Assembly (NCBI RefSeq): GCF_964355755.1
Contig: NC_092674.1
Location: 4,898,001 to 4,962,000, forward strand
From: Antedon mediterranea
Lineage: Eukaryota; Animalia; Echinodermata
Reading direction: 5' to 3'
DNA: 64,000 nucleotides
A program made the translations under genes and the position numbers. A model generated the notes under the pieces. That model had not been told where the DNA came from. It ran no database searches and saw nothing but the letters and a program-made list of their open reading frames with translations. Shown piece after piece: positions 28,244-41,000 of the stretch. The number at the start of each line of letters is the position of its first letter. Positions within the stretch are counted from its first letter, which is position 1.

Positions 28244-29813
28244 TTTTGCGACATTGTTGACACCTTTATTCACCTGTAACCTATTTTCAAAACCATTCAA
28301 TAAACATCGGGTGTAATCTATAACTTACTACTACAATCGATACATTTCAGAATTCAATCTTACTTAATTTTTAGTCGCGTGCAAACGGTATTAAACCGTA
28401 ACTCAAATTTGAGCACGCGACTGCAGCCATGTATTGTTTTCTTACGCGTCTACGTCATGATAAGTAAATATGGTTTAAAACTAAATAATTATAACCTTTT
28501 CGTAAAAGAAGTAGTAAAAACTTGATGGTTTAATTATTAGGTTACTTTCCATCAAAAGATCTGTAATTTAGATATTATGTATAAAGTGTCACGTGTTATG
28601 ACTGGAAATACCAATAAAATTCGACCGATGTATTCTGTTTAGACCTCAATTAAAACCCGATCGAAAACACTATAACAAAACAAACACAAATCGATATAAG
28701 ATGTAACTCATTACTTTCATAACATAATCGATTCCAATTACAATATAATAATTTCCTCCTTGAAACTGTTTGTCAAAAATTGATATAATTACCGTAAATA
28801 TTGAACAATTTAACTTCGTGAACTTAGAAAAAATGTATTGATGTTTTATATTATGGCCGTGGCGACGTTCTGAATTTGTGTTTTGCATGTAATGAAATTT
28901 ATATTTATTTCTGAATTGTCTGAAAACGTGAGAAAAGTTAACATTATTATTTAAACAATCATATGAGATTGTAAATTTTGAGAGCTATAAAATAGAAAAA
29001 AAAATCTAAAATGGAAGGCCTACTAAAATAAATAATACCTTTATGCAGATATAAAAGAATAGGCGTACATGCATTTTCTTATGCTTTTTAGGTCTATATT
29101 TTGATAGGATCTAAAGCTCGTGTAACGTTGGCGAAACGCAAGTGAATTGACCAATCACAAACGATAGTTCGGATGATCCACGCGTCGTGATTGGTCAAAT
29201 TACTTGCCTATTTTACGTCATCGCAATAGTTTAGTTTTCGTATTGCTATGTGACGTAAATTTAATCAACCGCCCATGTATAGTATTTCAACGAACATTAA
29301 TAGATTAATTGATATAAGTATAACAATAATAGTAATTAAAATTCGGTTGAAAACCCTCATATATTGGCTCAAATCAGCTTTAACAGTAATATTGATATAT
29401 TTATAATTTAACAAGAGAACTTAAATAAAACTTGACATTGTTAACAAATACCATTATATTGGTTGCACTAGAAAATCGATAACGAAGTCGATTACTGTAC
29501 TTATAACATTTACAACGGTTCACCAACAAGATATAATACATAATTTGTCATACTGTAGCTATGGTTAGGTCTATAACGACTACATATCAAGTTATGCTTT
29601 AATAAAAAAAAGAGTGTTATATCTGAAAAAGAAACGTCTATTTTAAGTTATCAAGTAAAGAAAGTTTAATTGAAAATCTTATAAAGAAGTACACCAGTAC
29701 GCGCAGTGTGGAACTGTCTAGTTGGTTAGCGCTTGTCTATACTGTTTTAACAATTTGGAAGATATTCTCGCACTGGTAGTAAAGTCGAACATTGATATAC
29801 CTGTCGTTTTGAA

Positions 29814-32800
29814 ATGGGAATTCACAAGAAATCGGTTAATTTATGTTTATTTCTTGTACTAATCCTGTGTTTTATGTATACGATTAACGGAGCTCCATGG
29901 TCGAGTAAGTACTGTACTTAAAAGTTATTTGCAATTAGTTTTAAATTTTAAAGAAATTATGGTAGGCTAGACTTATCTTTTCCCTCTTTAGCCGGTTCGT
30001 AGATAGTGTGTTTACCTCAACTGATTGCCTGTCGAATAATCAATCCCTTTTGATTGGCCAATTCGCTTGCGTTGCGGCTTACGTCTGTGCGTTGCGTCCT
30101 AGTGGCAATTACGTTTTAACGATAGGTTACCGTTTTGAACATTTTTAATTTTAAATTTGAATCGTTTTAACAGTATTTTTCAGAGCCTGTGGGCGCTTTT
30201 AATAGTTTCAACCAGTATTTTAACATTTTAATAATATTCATTCATCATTCATTCATTCTTTTCTGTTATCCACCTTTTTTCATAATTTTCTAATATTTTT
30301 TTTGTTCTATAATTCTCAACATCTAAAATTGTAAACACTTAACTAATAAATGTACTGCAGAAGATACATTAATATTATCATTGTTTACCCTATATACAGA
30401 CTATATACATTATTTTAAAATGCGAACTCTTTAAATAAAACAAAAATTTTTAAATTTTTTTTTCTAACGCTTGTGTCTAGTTTTATGTATCATGGATATA
30501 TTTCTTTACTTATCTTCTCGTGCGTTACTTATGATGCGTTACGTTTTTTTTTTATATATTAATTGATATAATTTGTTTAATTACTTTATATAAATAAAAT
30601 GTAACTGCCATTGTATTTTGTTGTTTGTAGATAAATGTAGTCCGAAGACATCTTCTTTCTTTGGAGATCACTGTTACTATGTTTCGAGAAACAAACTAAT
30701 AACATGGGAAAAGGCAAAGGAAGATTGCGATAAGAGGACATCACATCTCGTGGTCATAGACAATCACGATGAAAGTAATAAATTTATACATTGGTCTGCA
30801 CATGAGAAATACGAGAATCATAGTGATATATGGACTGGATTGTACTACAATGCAACTACGGAATCATGGCAGTGGCCAGTTGGAGATGCAAACACCACTT
30901 TTCAAAGTAAGCCTTTTTATCGTTAATATCAACCAGGCGCTTTCCATTTTGATAAAATAAATCAGCTATGTTATATAGTCCTATTAGCGCTCCACCATTC
31001 CTGGATACAGATTAGCTACAAAGTAAATTGTTCAGTTTAAAAAAATAGATAAACAAGTTAGCACAAACAAAATCAGCGATTCATGGTGTATCGTAGTAGT
31101 TTGTTTTTCAAATATTATTTAGAGTTTAAGTGTAATTTGAACTGTATATTTAAAGTTATATATACATTATTTATAGTCGTTCCGTAAACGGGAAAATGAC
31201 AACTTTTTCGTCCTCAAAGAAGTTAAGACGGAATTTCACACTAAGCTACGCTCACTTTGTTAAAGCTCATGCATACATTTTTCATGAGCACCGTCCTGTG
31301 GCTTCCCGTCGTAAAGTCCCTAAAATTACTTGCGGCATAACGTTTTTGAGAACCGTGGCATGGTCTAATCATGTAGGAAAAATAATAAATTTCTCCTTCA
31401 TGGTCTAATTAAACACTATTTTCTCGCCAAATTTACTAGCATATGCGTTAATATTACGGAAGACAAACATGTTATCAAACTACACGTTAGGCCTAATTAT
31501 ACACGGTACTCAATCAAAATATCGGAAAATAATTTATCTAGTAGTAGGGTCGTTAAATGATAAAACGCAGTAGAATGGTAATCTGAAATCGTAGAAAAAG
31601 ACAGGTCGTAAATGAAAAATTATTCCTATATCCAATATGATGTCTATCACAGACTGGGAGGATGGTGAACCAAACTTATCTAATGGACACTGTGTCGTAT
31701 TTAACGGAGTCACGGGTTTGTGGAGTTCACGGAATTGTTCGGAAAGTAATTGGCACTTTTGCGAAGCAGGTATGATTTCTGTATCATTGTATTTAAATGA
31801 CAATGGCAGGATTTATTTATTTATTTCGTTTTCTTTCAGTAGTGTAGCAGCCCTCTCAGTAATAAAATAAAAACTACGACACATAATTTTAAAACAACTT
31901 AAACTAAACGTAAACTAAAACTTCAAAGCATGTTCTTATTGTTAATAATTATAACATTTTATACCATTTTTAATTATTTTTAACTACAACCGTCCTAAAT
32001 CATCCGCAAAAATTCACTTAAATTTGGTTTAAAACGATTATAATTGGATCGTCTCAATTTGCCATGCTCTGTTTTAGGGAATCGTTGCTTGCCTCTGTGT
32101 TATCAAAGTTTCCCAGTTTGCTTGTGTGTACGTATGCCCACTATCAGAAGGAATGGAGTGTGTAGAAAGTGAAAACAGAACATACAATTTCACACGTTGT
32201 GTGGACGTATATGTTTTTTATGCACATCTTTCAATTCAATCCAACTTTTTTTCTTTTTTTTTAAATTATTTTTTTTTTCAATTACACCTTATTTATAGAG
32301 AACCTAACAAACGTATGCTGACAATCAAGGGGCCCTCTTGATGAGTGACAGTGGCTTTGTGTATACTAGTACACTCGTCTCGAAAGATGTACTAAGTTCA
32401 CATAAGCCAGATGTGTCACACTGGACCTACGGTTTATAGTCCTTATTCGACAAGACTTGCTCTACCACCAGAACCATGGAGCGAGTGAAGCTCGAACCCT
32501 TGCCGATGTCAATATGGCAAGGTAATACGGTTCCACTGTCTTACCCGCTTGGCCACTCACCAATCAAAATCTAATATTAATTTCTTAAACAGATTATTTT
32601 ACTCCATGGAACTGGTATCCAGTTGGGGAGAAAATGTACCTAGTCCCCCCACAATATGAAAACTTTGAAGATGCAAGAAAGGCCTGTTATTCGTTTGGAG
32701 CTTCTCTAGCTGTTATACAGAATGAAGAAGAGAGTGCGAACATTATTGAAGCGGGATTATCGGTGAATAGAAATTTAGATATAGCGAATACCAACCTTGC

Positions 32801-35800
32801 TTATATAGGGTATCGTAGAAAATCTAAAAGTGCAGTTTCTTGGGCATGGATTGACTCATCGGAAACATCACAGTATTCAAGTAAGAACGTATTCTTATTA
32901 GTACACGTACGGTATCTATTATCATATCTATCGACAACCAAAAGCATGCAGTATCTAGTTTTCTGACAATAGCATTATACTAGCAAGATTTATATTAGTA
33001 AAAAGACAAACATTTTGGTATTTCATACGTATAATACTTGAGCTCAAAAACACAGTTTTTAGACAAAATATCGAAACGCCGATTGGTGGACTAACATAAA
33101 AACTACAGACTACAGTCTACGCAATAACGTAAGTGCAACTTCGCGCAAGTAATTTGACCAAACCAAAAGCGAAGGAATATTCGTCACTTGTCATTGGTCA
33201 ACTAGTTTGCGTTACGCAACGTCTATTACGTTTCGTCCTAGTAGCAACTAAGTATTTATTCATTCATTTATTCGGTCAAGATCAACATACAATACATGAT
33301 TACATAACAATTTTACCAATACAGAAAGTTAAAACTTGAGACTCACAATTTAAAAAAAAAGGATAAATTGTTAAGAACAATGTAAAACAATGCAAATGTC
33401 TAAAATGGCTTTAAAATGGTTTTAAAATGGCATAAAAAAACAGCTTAAAAGGAAACGATTATATAAATCCTTTTTTATTGATTTTTTTCATTTATAGATT
33501 TTTCAGCAGATCAGATACTTTCTGATGAAAACGAAGCGTGTTCTGCTCTTGATTTTAAAGATGGGTCTTGGAAAACTTCCACCTGTACCCATAAAAGACC
33601 CTATGTATGCGAAAAGGGTCTTGAATGGCATTATTTCAACAACAAACGTTACGCTTTTATTAAACATAAACTTCACCAAGAATTTCAAAGAAACGATTGC
33701 TCTAGAATAAACTCTGCCTTACTGGAAATAGAAAGTGTGGAAGAAAACAGTTTTATTTTGAGTGCCATTGAACCAGAATCAGCGTTTTTTGACAGTTTTT
33801 TTTTTAATTACCGATATTCGTACGATGATTCTAAGTGGTATGTTGATGGTACAATGCAAGAAATGACGTATGATGGTCAGTATTTTTAGCCTACAATGTA
33901 AAACAATGAACCAGTGATGCCATATAGAAACTAGTAACTAATTGTACCTGTTTAGTGACCTGTTTGACCTGCAAAGCCATAATAAATAATGTGTATAATT
34001 ATGTAATTCATTTTTTTTTAAATGTCATACGAACAGTGAGTAACTCGCCTATTATAGGATGGATAGGCCTAAACTATTTTATAATGTGCTTATAAATAAA
34101 CTGTCTCATTTGAGGCTTAGGGAGTGGAGTTGAAAGAGTCGTGAGTTACAACCCTGGCACTAGGTCACGATTGGACCCTGAACCGTGGGATTGGACGCCG
34201 CAAGCACGTTAACCACCACCAAGCTACCAGCTTCGCTACAAAATCAGTTATAATTTTAAAAAATAGCCGAATCTGTTCCTCTAAATGGTCTGATTAGCAG
34301 AAACAAGGCAATCATTGCTTTTTATTTTATTTTATTAATTATCTATATATTTCATTGTTCAGGTTTTACCAATGACAATAATCGTCACCCAAATATAGAC
34401 CTGAATAGAAACTGTTCTTCGATTGCAGTTGGAAAGTATACCAATCGGGGAATATGGTCTGCAAGGTATTGTAATGCCAGCCTGGACGTAACATGTAACG
34501 GACGTAAGTAGGCCTACACGATTTTAAAAACAAATATTCTTAGTATCGAATCCATGGATAATTTGTCTTTGAATTTATATTATAGACTTATTGCTGCTTT
34601 ATTAAAATGTTAAATATAAAAACGGAGAAAAGTACCAAAAAGCTAATTTTGGTTCTTATGTTTGTTTATACTTTTACTCACACAGCACAACGTCACGTGA
34701 ACACAATGTGGAACGGGAAAACGTATTCGATTCTGGAATCCGAAATGACATTCGAAGATGCACAGACAAGGTGTTCTGAGTTAGGTCTAGTTACGGTAAG
34801 GATTGACTCTCTACAAGAAGCGATTTTCATTGCAAGGAGTATCCGTCGATATCGTAAAAATTCTTACAAGGTTTGGATTGGCCATGTTTTACCCTCTTTA
34901 TATTCTGAATTTGTATGGACAACTGCTGAACGATCTATATCCTGGGAAGGTAAGTCTTAATATATAAACATAATAATATTAAAATTGTATATACGATTTG
35001 GAATGTTCTACTTTACGATGCTGTTCATCAAGCGAGAATGCGGCGACCGAATATTTTAATAATAATAATTTAATATTTTATTAGTTAACTGTTATGGAAT
35101 GATTTAACAAAACAACAACAAAATAGGTTGATGTCAGTTCTATTGTATGGCGCTATACTATATTACTTATAGGCCTATTAATTGATTTTATTTATTAAGT
35201 GCAATGTATTTAAATATTTTAGAAGATGATTAAAAAGTGGGATGAACCCACAGAAGACACTATAAAATAATTTAATATTTTAAAGCTTTCCGTAAAAAGC
35301 TGATGCTGGAAATGAAACAAGTATACCCTGCAAGGACGTAAGCGCACCGTAAGTAATTTAACCAATCATGATACGATGGATCATCACACCCACGCTTGTG
35401 ATTGGTCAATTCTCTTGTGTTGCGCTTAACGTCTTTGTCCTAGACCTATTTCTACTGGACCTAGTTAGGTTGTCTTGCCTTAATTTAGGTAATATTATTT
35501 ACACATGATATTCTATACCATTTACAATTTCTTTTAATAGATTTGCGAAGTAGGTCCGGTGTCCGTCGTGCAATACTTAGCGATTATTGTATCAATATGT
35601 CATTACGAGGAAGACATATAACTTTGTCATACTCATCTTGTATAAAAACAAGGATTGTAGTTTGTGAATCACAAGGTAACGCTATTTACAATAGAACCTC
35701 GATTAAAGATGTATTGTCCGCCGTAAACATTAAAAATGAAGATTACTGAAATCAGACCTTGTAATGGGTTATTTTGTAGTTTTAATCAAGTTAATCATTT

Positions 35801-36835
35801 CTGTAGAAAAAACGAAAATAAAATAATGTTTTTACTTATGAAATGACAAAATAAATGGTTAAATTAAATTAAAAACCGATTGACTGGCAGCCAATGTGAC
35901 TATTTTTTGCTTTAGTTTACAGTTTTTTCTGGTGTATAATGTTTTTTTCGATCCCATTTTTGGCAAAGTGGATAACTATTATGTGACAATAAAATGGCAT
36001 ATTCAACAACAAAAATATCAAGAATTTTTTTTCAGGGGGATAATACATCTTTAAGGGGACACCTTTTGGATCTAACCAAGTAATAATCGGGCTCTACTCA
36101 ATTACTGAGCAAATTAATAACTTGCTCTGTATGCTTGTTTTTGTTCCGTTTGTTTGTATATGTATATTTGTATGTTTAAAGCATCCATAATTAATTTAAA
36201 GTTATCGTCCAGAATTTTTCATTTTTCTTTTAAATACTTCTATTCAAATAGGTCATAAATTATTGATAATGTTGATCATATTGATTTTTGTAGAAAAAAT
36301 TGATTATTGTTACGTCATAAAAGCTTATTGAAATCTCGAGTTATCTGTATCTTTAATATGGCCCGAAATCTGTCAATCGCTGCAGTTTGCCAAGTATTTC
36401 GCGCTTAGATTTAAGCGCTTAATTATTCCTTTTACATTCATTTACTACTCAAGAAAAAGAAGAGAAACAATGGACAAATGATAAATATTCTTATACTATT
36501 TGTGTACAGAAACAGACATTTATTTTCAATAAAACTCTAGATTAGAATAGACTAGAATTTCCTAAATTGGAAAGTTAGACTTTCTTAACCATTTTTTCTT
36601 CTTAGAATCAACACATTCTACGTTTGAACGGGTCATGACACCCAAAGTGGGTACTGCAATTACTGGTGTTACACCACCGAACGGGTTTGTGCGTTGTGGT
36701 TCAACGTGTACCGACGCAATTGGATGCGTTGCGTATAATTATCTTTCTAGCAGTGGACAATGTGAGCTTCTTGGCTCTGTAGATATTAATACTGATGACG
36801 CACGAGAAGGTCTCAGGCAGTATAGTATACGATAA
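29814..36835 (+). CDS. Secreted multi-C-type-lectin protein (4 CTLDs + C-terminal PAN/Apple domain), about 639 aa, mannose-receptor-like
   Basis: Exons 29814-29904, 30631-30906, 31653-31769, 32593-32880, 33498-33875, 34363-34503, 34686-34949, 35541-35675 and 36606-36835. All introns are phase 1 and the total is 1920 nt. Signal peptide MGIHKKSVNLCLFLVLILCFMYTING. CTLD motifs: CYY..TWEKA..C..WTGL, WEDGEPN..C..W...C, AYIG, VWIG. PAN motif: C..C....CVAYNY....CEL. Confidence 0.88.
32325..32562 (-). mobile_element. tRNA-derived SINE family 2 with Deu-like core
   Basis: Minus strand: GAGTGGCCAAGCGG (A box) ... GGTTCGAGC (B box), then ...TCGAATAAGGACTATAAACCGTAGGTCC. Second copy at 49860-50085. Confidence 0.75.
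34010..34239 (-). mobile_element. tRNA-derived SINE family 1
   Basis: Reverse complement of the 62596-62820 element. Confidence 0.8.
35703..36054. mobile_element. Kolobok-like MITE with TTAA TSD
   Basis: TTAAAGATGTATTGTCC ... GGGGATAATACATCTTTAA. Confidence 0.85.
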
Positions 36836-36898
36836 AGTCGCATATAATATTGATCTGATGATTCATCTATCAACTTTAATTCATCACATATACATCAA

Positions 36899-37110
36899 GT
36901 AGTGGAGCTGTAGCTTGGTGGTTAACGTGATTGTTTTCCAATCACTCCTGATCTAGTGCCAGGGTTGTAACTCACGACTCTTTTAACTCCACTCCATCTC
37001 AGCCTCAAATGCGACTTAGTTTTTCTAACCACGACAAATTACAAAATAGTTTATTTATCCATCCGGTAATTGACGAGTTACTCGCTGTTGGATACGTATG
37101 AAATAAAAAA
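36899..37110 (+). mobile_element. tRNA-derived SINE family 1 in the lectin gene 3' UTR
   Basis: GTAGTGGAGCTGTAGCTTGGTGGTTAA head; A-rich tail with AATAAA. Confidence 0.8.
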
Positions 37111-38083
37111 TAATAGTAAAATATTATGTACAGCGCGCGTTTAAAAGAAAAGTTACATGGAGTCTCAGGCTATACACGGTCTGTAGGCTATGAATGTAGC
37201 GCCAGGAAGTAGAGGGTATTTTTGTTTAACTTTTTTTTAAAAGAAATCGTCAATATTTTCTACTTTTGCTTACAAAAGAATGTCGCATTACACTACAATA
37301 ATTCAGTTTTGACTGGCTGGTATTTTAAAATTGTTTAGTATATGATAATATACATAGCGCGCAAGTAGGGCGAATTTTCGTTGGACGGTTTTATCTTCTT
37401 AAGACAGTCTCTTTAATTTGGGTTACTTTAGCACATTAAATGAGCCCCTGTATAGAGTTTGTAAATATTGGATCGATACTTTGTATTTTAATTTTTGTAC
37501 TTATATAATGGTCAAACATACTGTTTAAGTGAAATAAATATTTTTGTTTATTTCCAAGACAGATTAAAATTTTAGTTCAGAAGATATTACTAACCGCAGC
37601 CGTGATGTCTTAATGATTAGTTATTGGTATGTTGCGTATGGAAAATCATCGTCTAAAATTAGTCTAGACACCTCTACACATCTACAGTGAACCTGACTTT
37701 TAGGGCACACAGTTGTTGTTGCTAATTCTACCTCACTCATATTTACGACTATAGAATGCTTTAATTATTTTTATTGGACACAATGCTTAGGTGTATATTG
37801 AGCATATGAATAAAATATAACTTTGTGATGAGATAAGAACTTAATGTGTAGGCCTACTTAATTTTTAAAAAAGCACTTTGCCGATGGTGGCGCTGCACAT
37901 CGAATTTGTATAATCGTTTCGAACCGCTGATCTACTTGTTGTAGACCCTGCTCGCGCAGATTTATTCAATTTCCACATGCACATGTGCTCTTGGTAGGTG
38001 GTGTGTGTTTCAAACGAGAAGTCAAGATATCTCTCTGGTCTAGCGTTTTTTAGAATCCAATTTCGCACTCGACACTGCATAAA

Positions 38084-41000
38084 ATGGCATCCGGTAAGTC
38101 TGTTATTTTATTTTTACTACCCAGTACTAGTTAGGCATAAAGAAATATTATATTAACATAAACAATGATGCGAATGAGATCCATCGAATAAAAAGGCATC
38201 TCTAGGCTAGGCACCTGCAAGTTACGAGGCCACGCCCACTTTTTATGTCGGCGAAAAAGTGTGACTAAATTGCGGACCGGTCCGCGACCGCCAGCTGTAA
38301 TTAATTCATAAAAATACGACGGGATTGGTCATGGCCTAAGATTTTGACCTCAAAATGTCACGCGGAAGTTATTGTACAGCTGAGTTATTTTCAAAAATTT
38401 TTGTGACCACGTTTATCGAGTGTTGCAGATTGTTAAACATTACCGTTCACAAAATACGCCTAATATTCATCAAAGGTAAGTGTTATGAATATTTTGATAT
38501 TGGTAATAGTATTAAGCATTTCATAATCTTTCATTATACTATAAGTTTGAGAAATTTTGTGTATGTAAAGCTGCACTTTAGGCACCCCCCGTAATCGCCT
38601 ATTTGTCCTAGTTTTGCATTCGGTCTAGGCTAGTGCTAGAGAATAGGATTTTGGCTGTGCGAGGCTCGTCGCCGCCGTGGGCTATGAACTCGTCGCCGTG
38701 GGCTATGAACTCGTCGATAGTAAAAATTTAAATACAGTATATCTAAGTATTTTATTGCAAATATATTATAAATAATAGGAATAATATATAATAATTTAAT
38801 ATTGATATTTTATTGATCATTGCTTACTTTCACTCACTTTTTATTTATTATAATAAGGCCTATTTTTGTAGTGGGAATAGAAACAAATTCAGGAACCTTG
38901 ACAACTTTGGGTGGTCGTTTTGTAGTCAGAGGCCAATCACAGCGTGTGATAGTTACTATTACTAGGCTGGTGATGGTAGATTAGTTTAAACATTTGCATA
39001 TTTGCATTATTATTAATACTTTTATTATATTTAATTGTATTGTAGGTTATTCTTTGCCTCAAATCAAGATTACAAAATATATCTTCAGTTATTTAAGTTA
39101 TTTTTGGTAAGTAGTTTTTTTCTTTTAAATAATTCTATATAATCATGCATATTAAAATATTATTTAGTATTAAGTAATATTATTTGATAAACATAACAGC
39201 TGAGAAAACAACATGGCATAACTGGTGATATCTCAGAATACTTTAGAATCTTATCTAAATGTAACAAAAGTTTGATTGTCTTGCTGTGGATCAAAGAGTG
39301 AAACCTACACTCAATAAACAATCTGATTCCATCAAAGCAAAATTGTTTATTTAACTCAGTGGGAGGAACTAATTACTTAATTAGCCCTCAGTAGCATTTC
39401 CTGTCGCCAACTTTGGTGCTTACTCTTCCCTGCTTAGTGCAAATAATTATTATTGTTTTGTATTTACTCGATCTTGAAAATGGTTCTATAATGACCAAAA
39501 TGTCGATCTCCCTTTTTGTCATTAAATTTTATATTGAAATTACATAGTAAACGTCTTTTAATTCGTAATATTATTTATACAAATTTTACTATGATATTTA
39601 ACAGGTAGTTGAGTGTTGATACACAGGATGGATAATCCTCCCTTAACGACTCCACAGAAGTTCATTAAGGACAACTACTTTCAAGTACCAAGTGATGTAG
39701 GTTTGCTGCAAAATGGCCATGTCATATTCACCTACATTACCCTTCCAAAAAAGATGTTTTCCAGTGTACAGCATATATTAAAAAAAAGTCATAGCATTAT
39801 TATTTCTAACTGTTCTGTGAGGGATTTGGTAAAGAAGTTTAAGAGTTTTCATTCCATAAACACATCCGGCAGATTTGCTAATTTTGACATTTTCTGTGCT
39901 GGAACCTTTTCCAAATACAAGACTGTAGATGCTGCTTCAACCATGCAAGCTTCCTCATCCAACATCCCATCGCTAGAAGCTGCCACACAATCATCATCTG
40001 AAAATGTAGAGCCACTTAGGCCAGAAGAGGTAGAGCTAATTAGACCAGACGAGATAAAGCTAATTGGGCCAGAAGAGGTAGAGCCAATTAGACCAGACGA
40101 GATAAAGCCAATTGGGCCAGAAGAGGTAGAGCCAATTAGACCAAAGCTATTGAACCCTCCAAAACGATCATGGGGTGGTAGCGAGGCTTGCGTGCTTCCT
40201 TGTATTGTTAGCCAGACCAATGATGTTCAATAAAAAAGTAAAATATATACAAACACACTTAGTGAAGAAAGTATTTGCCAAACAACAAATTGAAAAAAAT
40301 AGGGAAACTATTTCATATTTTTCGATAATTATTGTTTTAAGTATTATTTGTTATTGTATATAAACAATCAATATAATATGACTATGAGTGCAATTGGCAC
40401 AGGCAACTTATTTATATTTACAATGCTAATGTTTTAAATATCTATTTTTTATCACCGAAAAAGTAATCAGAAATCACATTTTACAATAAAACTGTATTTT
40501 ATTCAGAAATAGCGGAGTACTAGATTGTTTTAATTGAATAAATGTACAATATTTATATTATGATTGAATAAAAGTGGGAAGACCCCACTAAAGAGAAAAA
40601 AAAGAGTTAGTAAAACTGTAATGTTGTTCAGTAAAAAAATGCTCTAACAATATGCTAGTTATCGGGGTTTCAGAAACATAATAAAACCACAACTCTTCCC
40701 CTTCACCACCTTCTCCCTCCCATGCCCACCTCCCCCGCCCTTCTATAAATGCTTGCGATTCGTCATATAACCTAAAAAAATTTAAAAAAAAAATACAAAA
40801 TTAATACTGTATAGTTATATTGTAAATAAATTGATTACCGATTACAAATGTCTCCCCCTCCAAAACCCCCCTCCGAACCCACCCACCATTTCTCCACCCT
40901 GCCTCATAGGGTCTGCGGAGATGTCCAAGATGTTGAGCATTATGAAAAATAAGTATTTATTTAATTTTGGAGGTTAGCACACATAAGCATGCAATTTGCC

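Noticed and set aside
9300-29700. Hidden protein-coding gene in the 20-kb intergenic region
   Set aside because: The short ORFs lack recognisable domains or consistent splice phases; the region is mostly repeat debris. Non-coding exons cannot be excluded.
33503-33710. Two 61-aa ORFs
   Set aside because: Alternative frames over lectin exon 5 (33498-33875).
39849-40220. Antisense 123-aa ORF
   Set aside because: Shadow of the repeat-containing plus-strand ORF.
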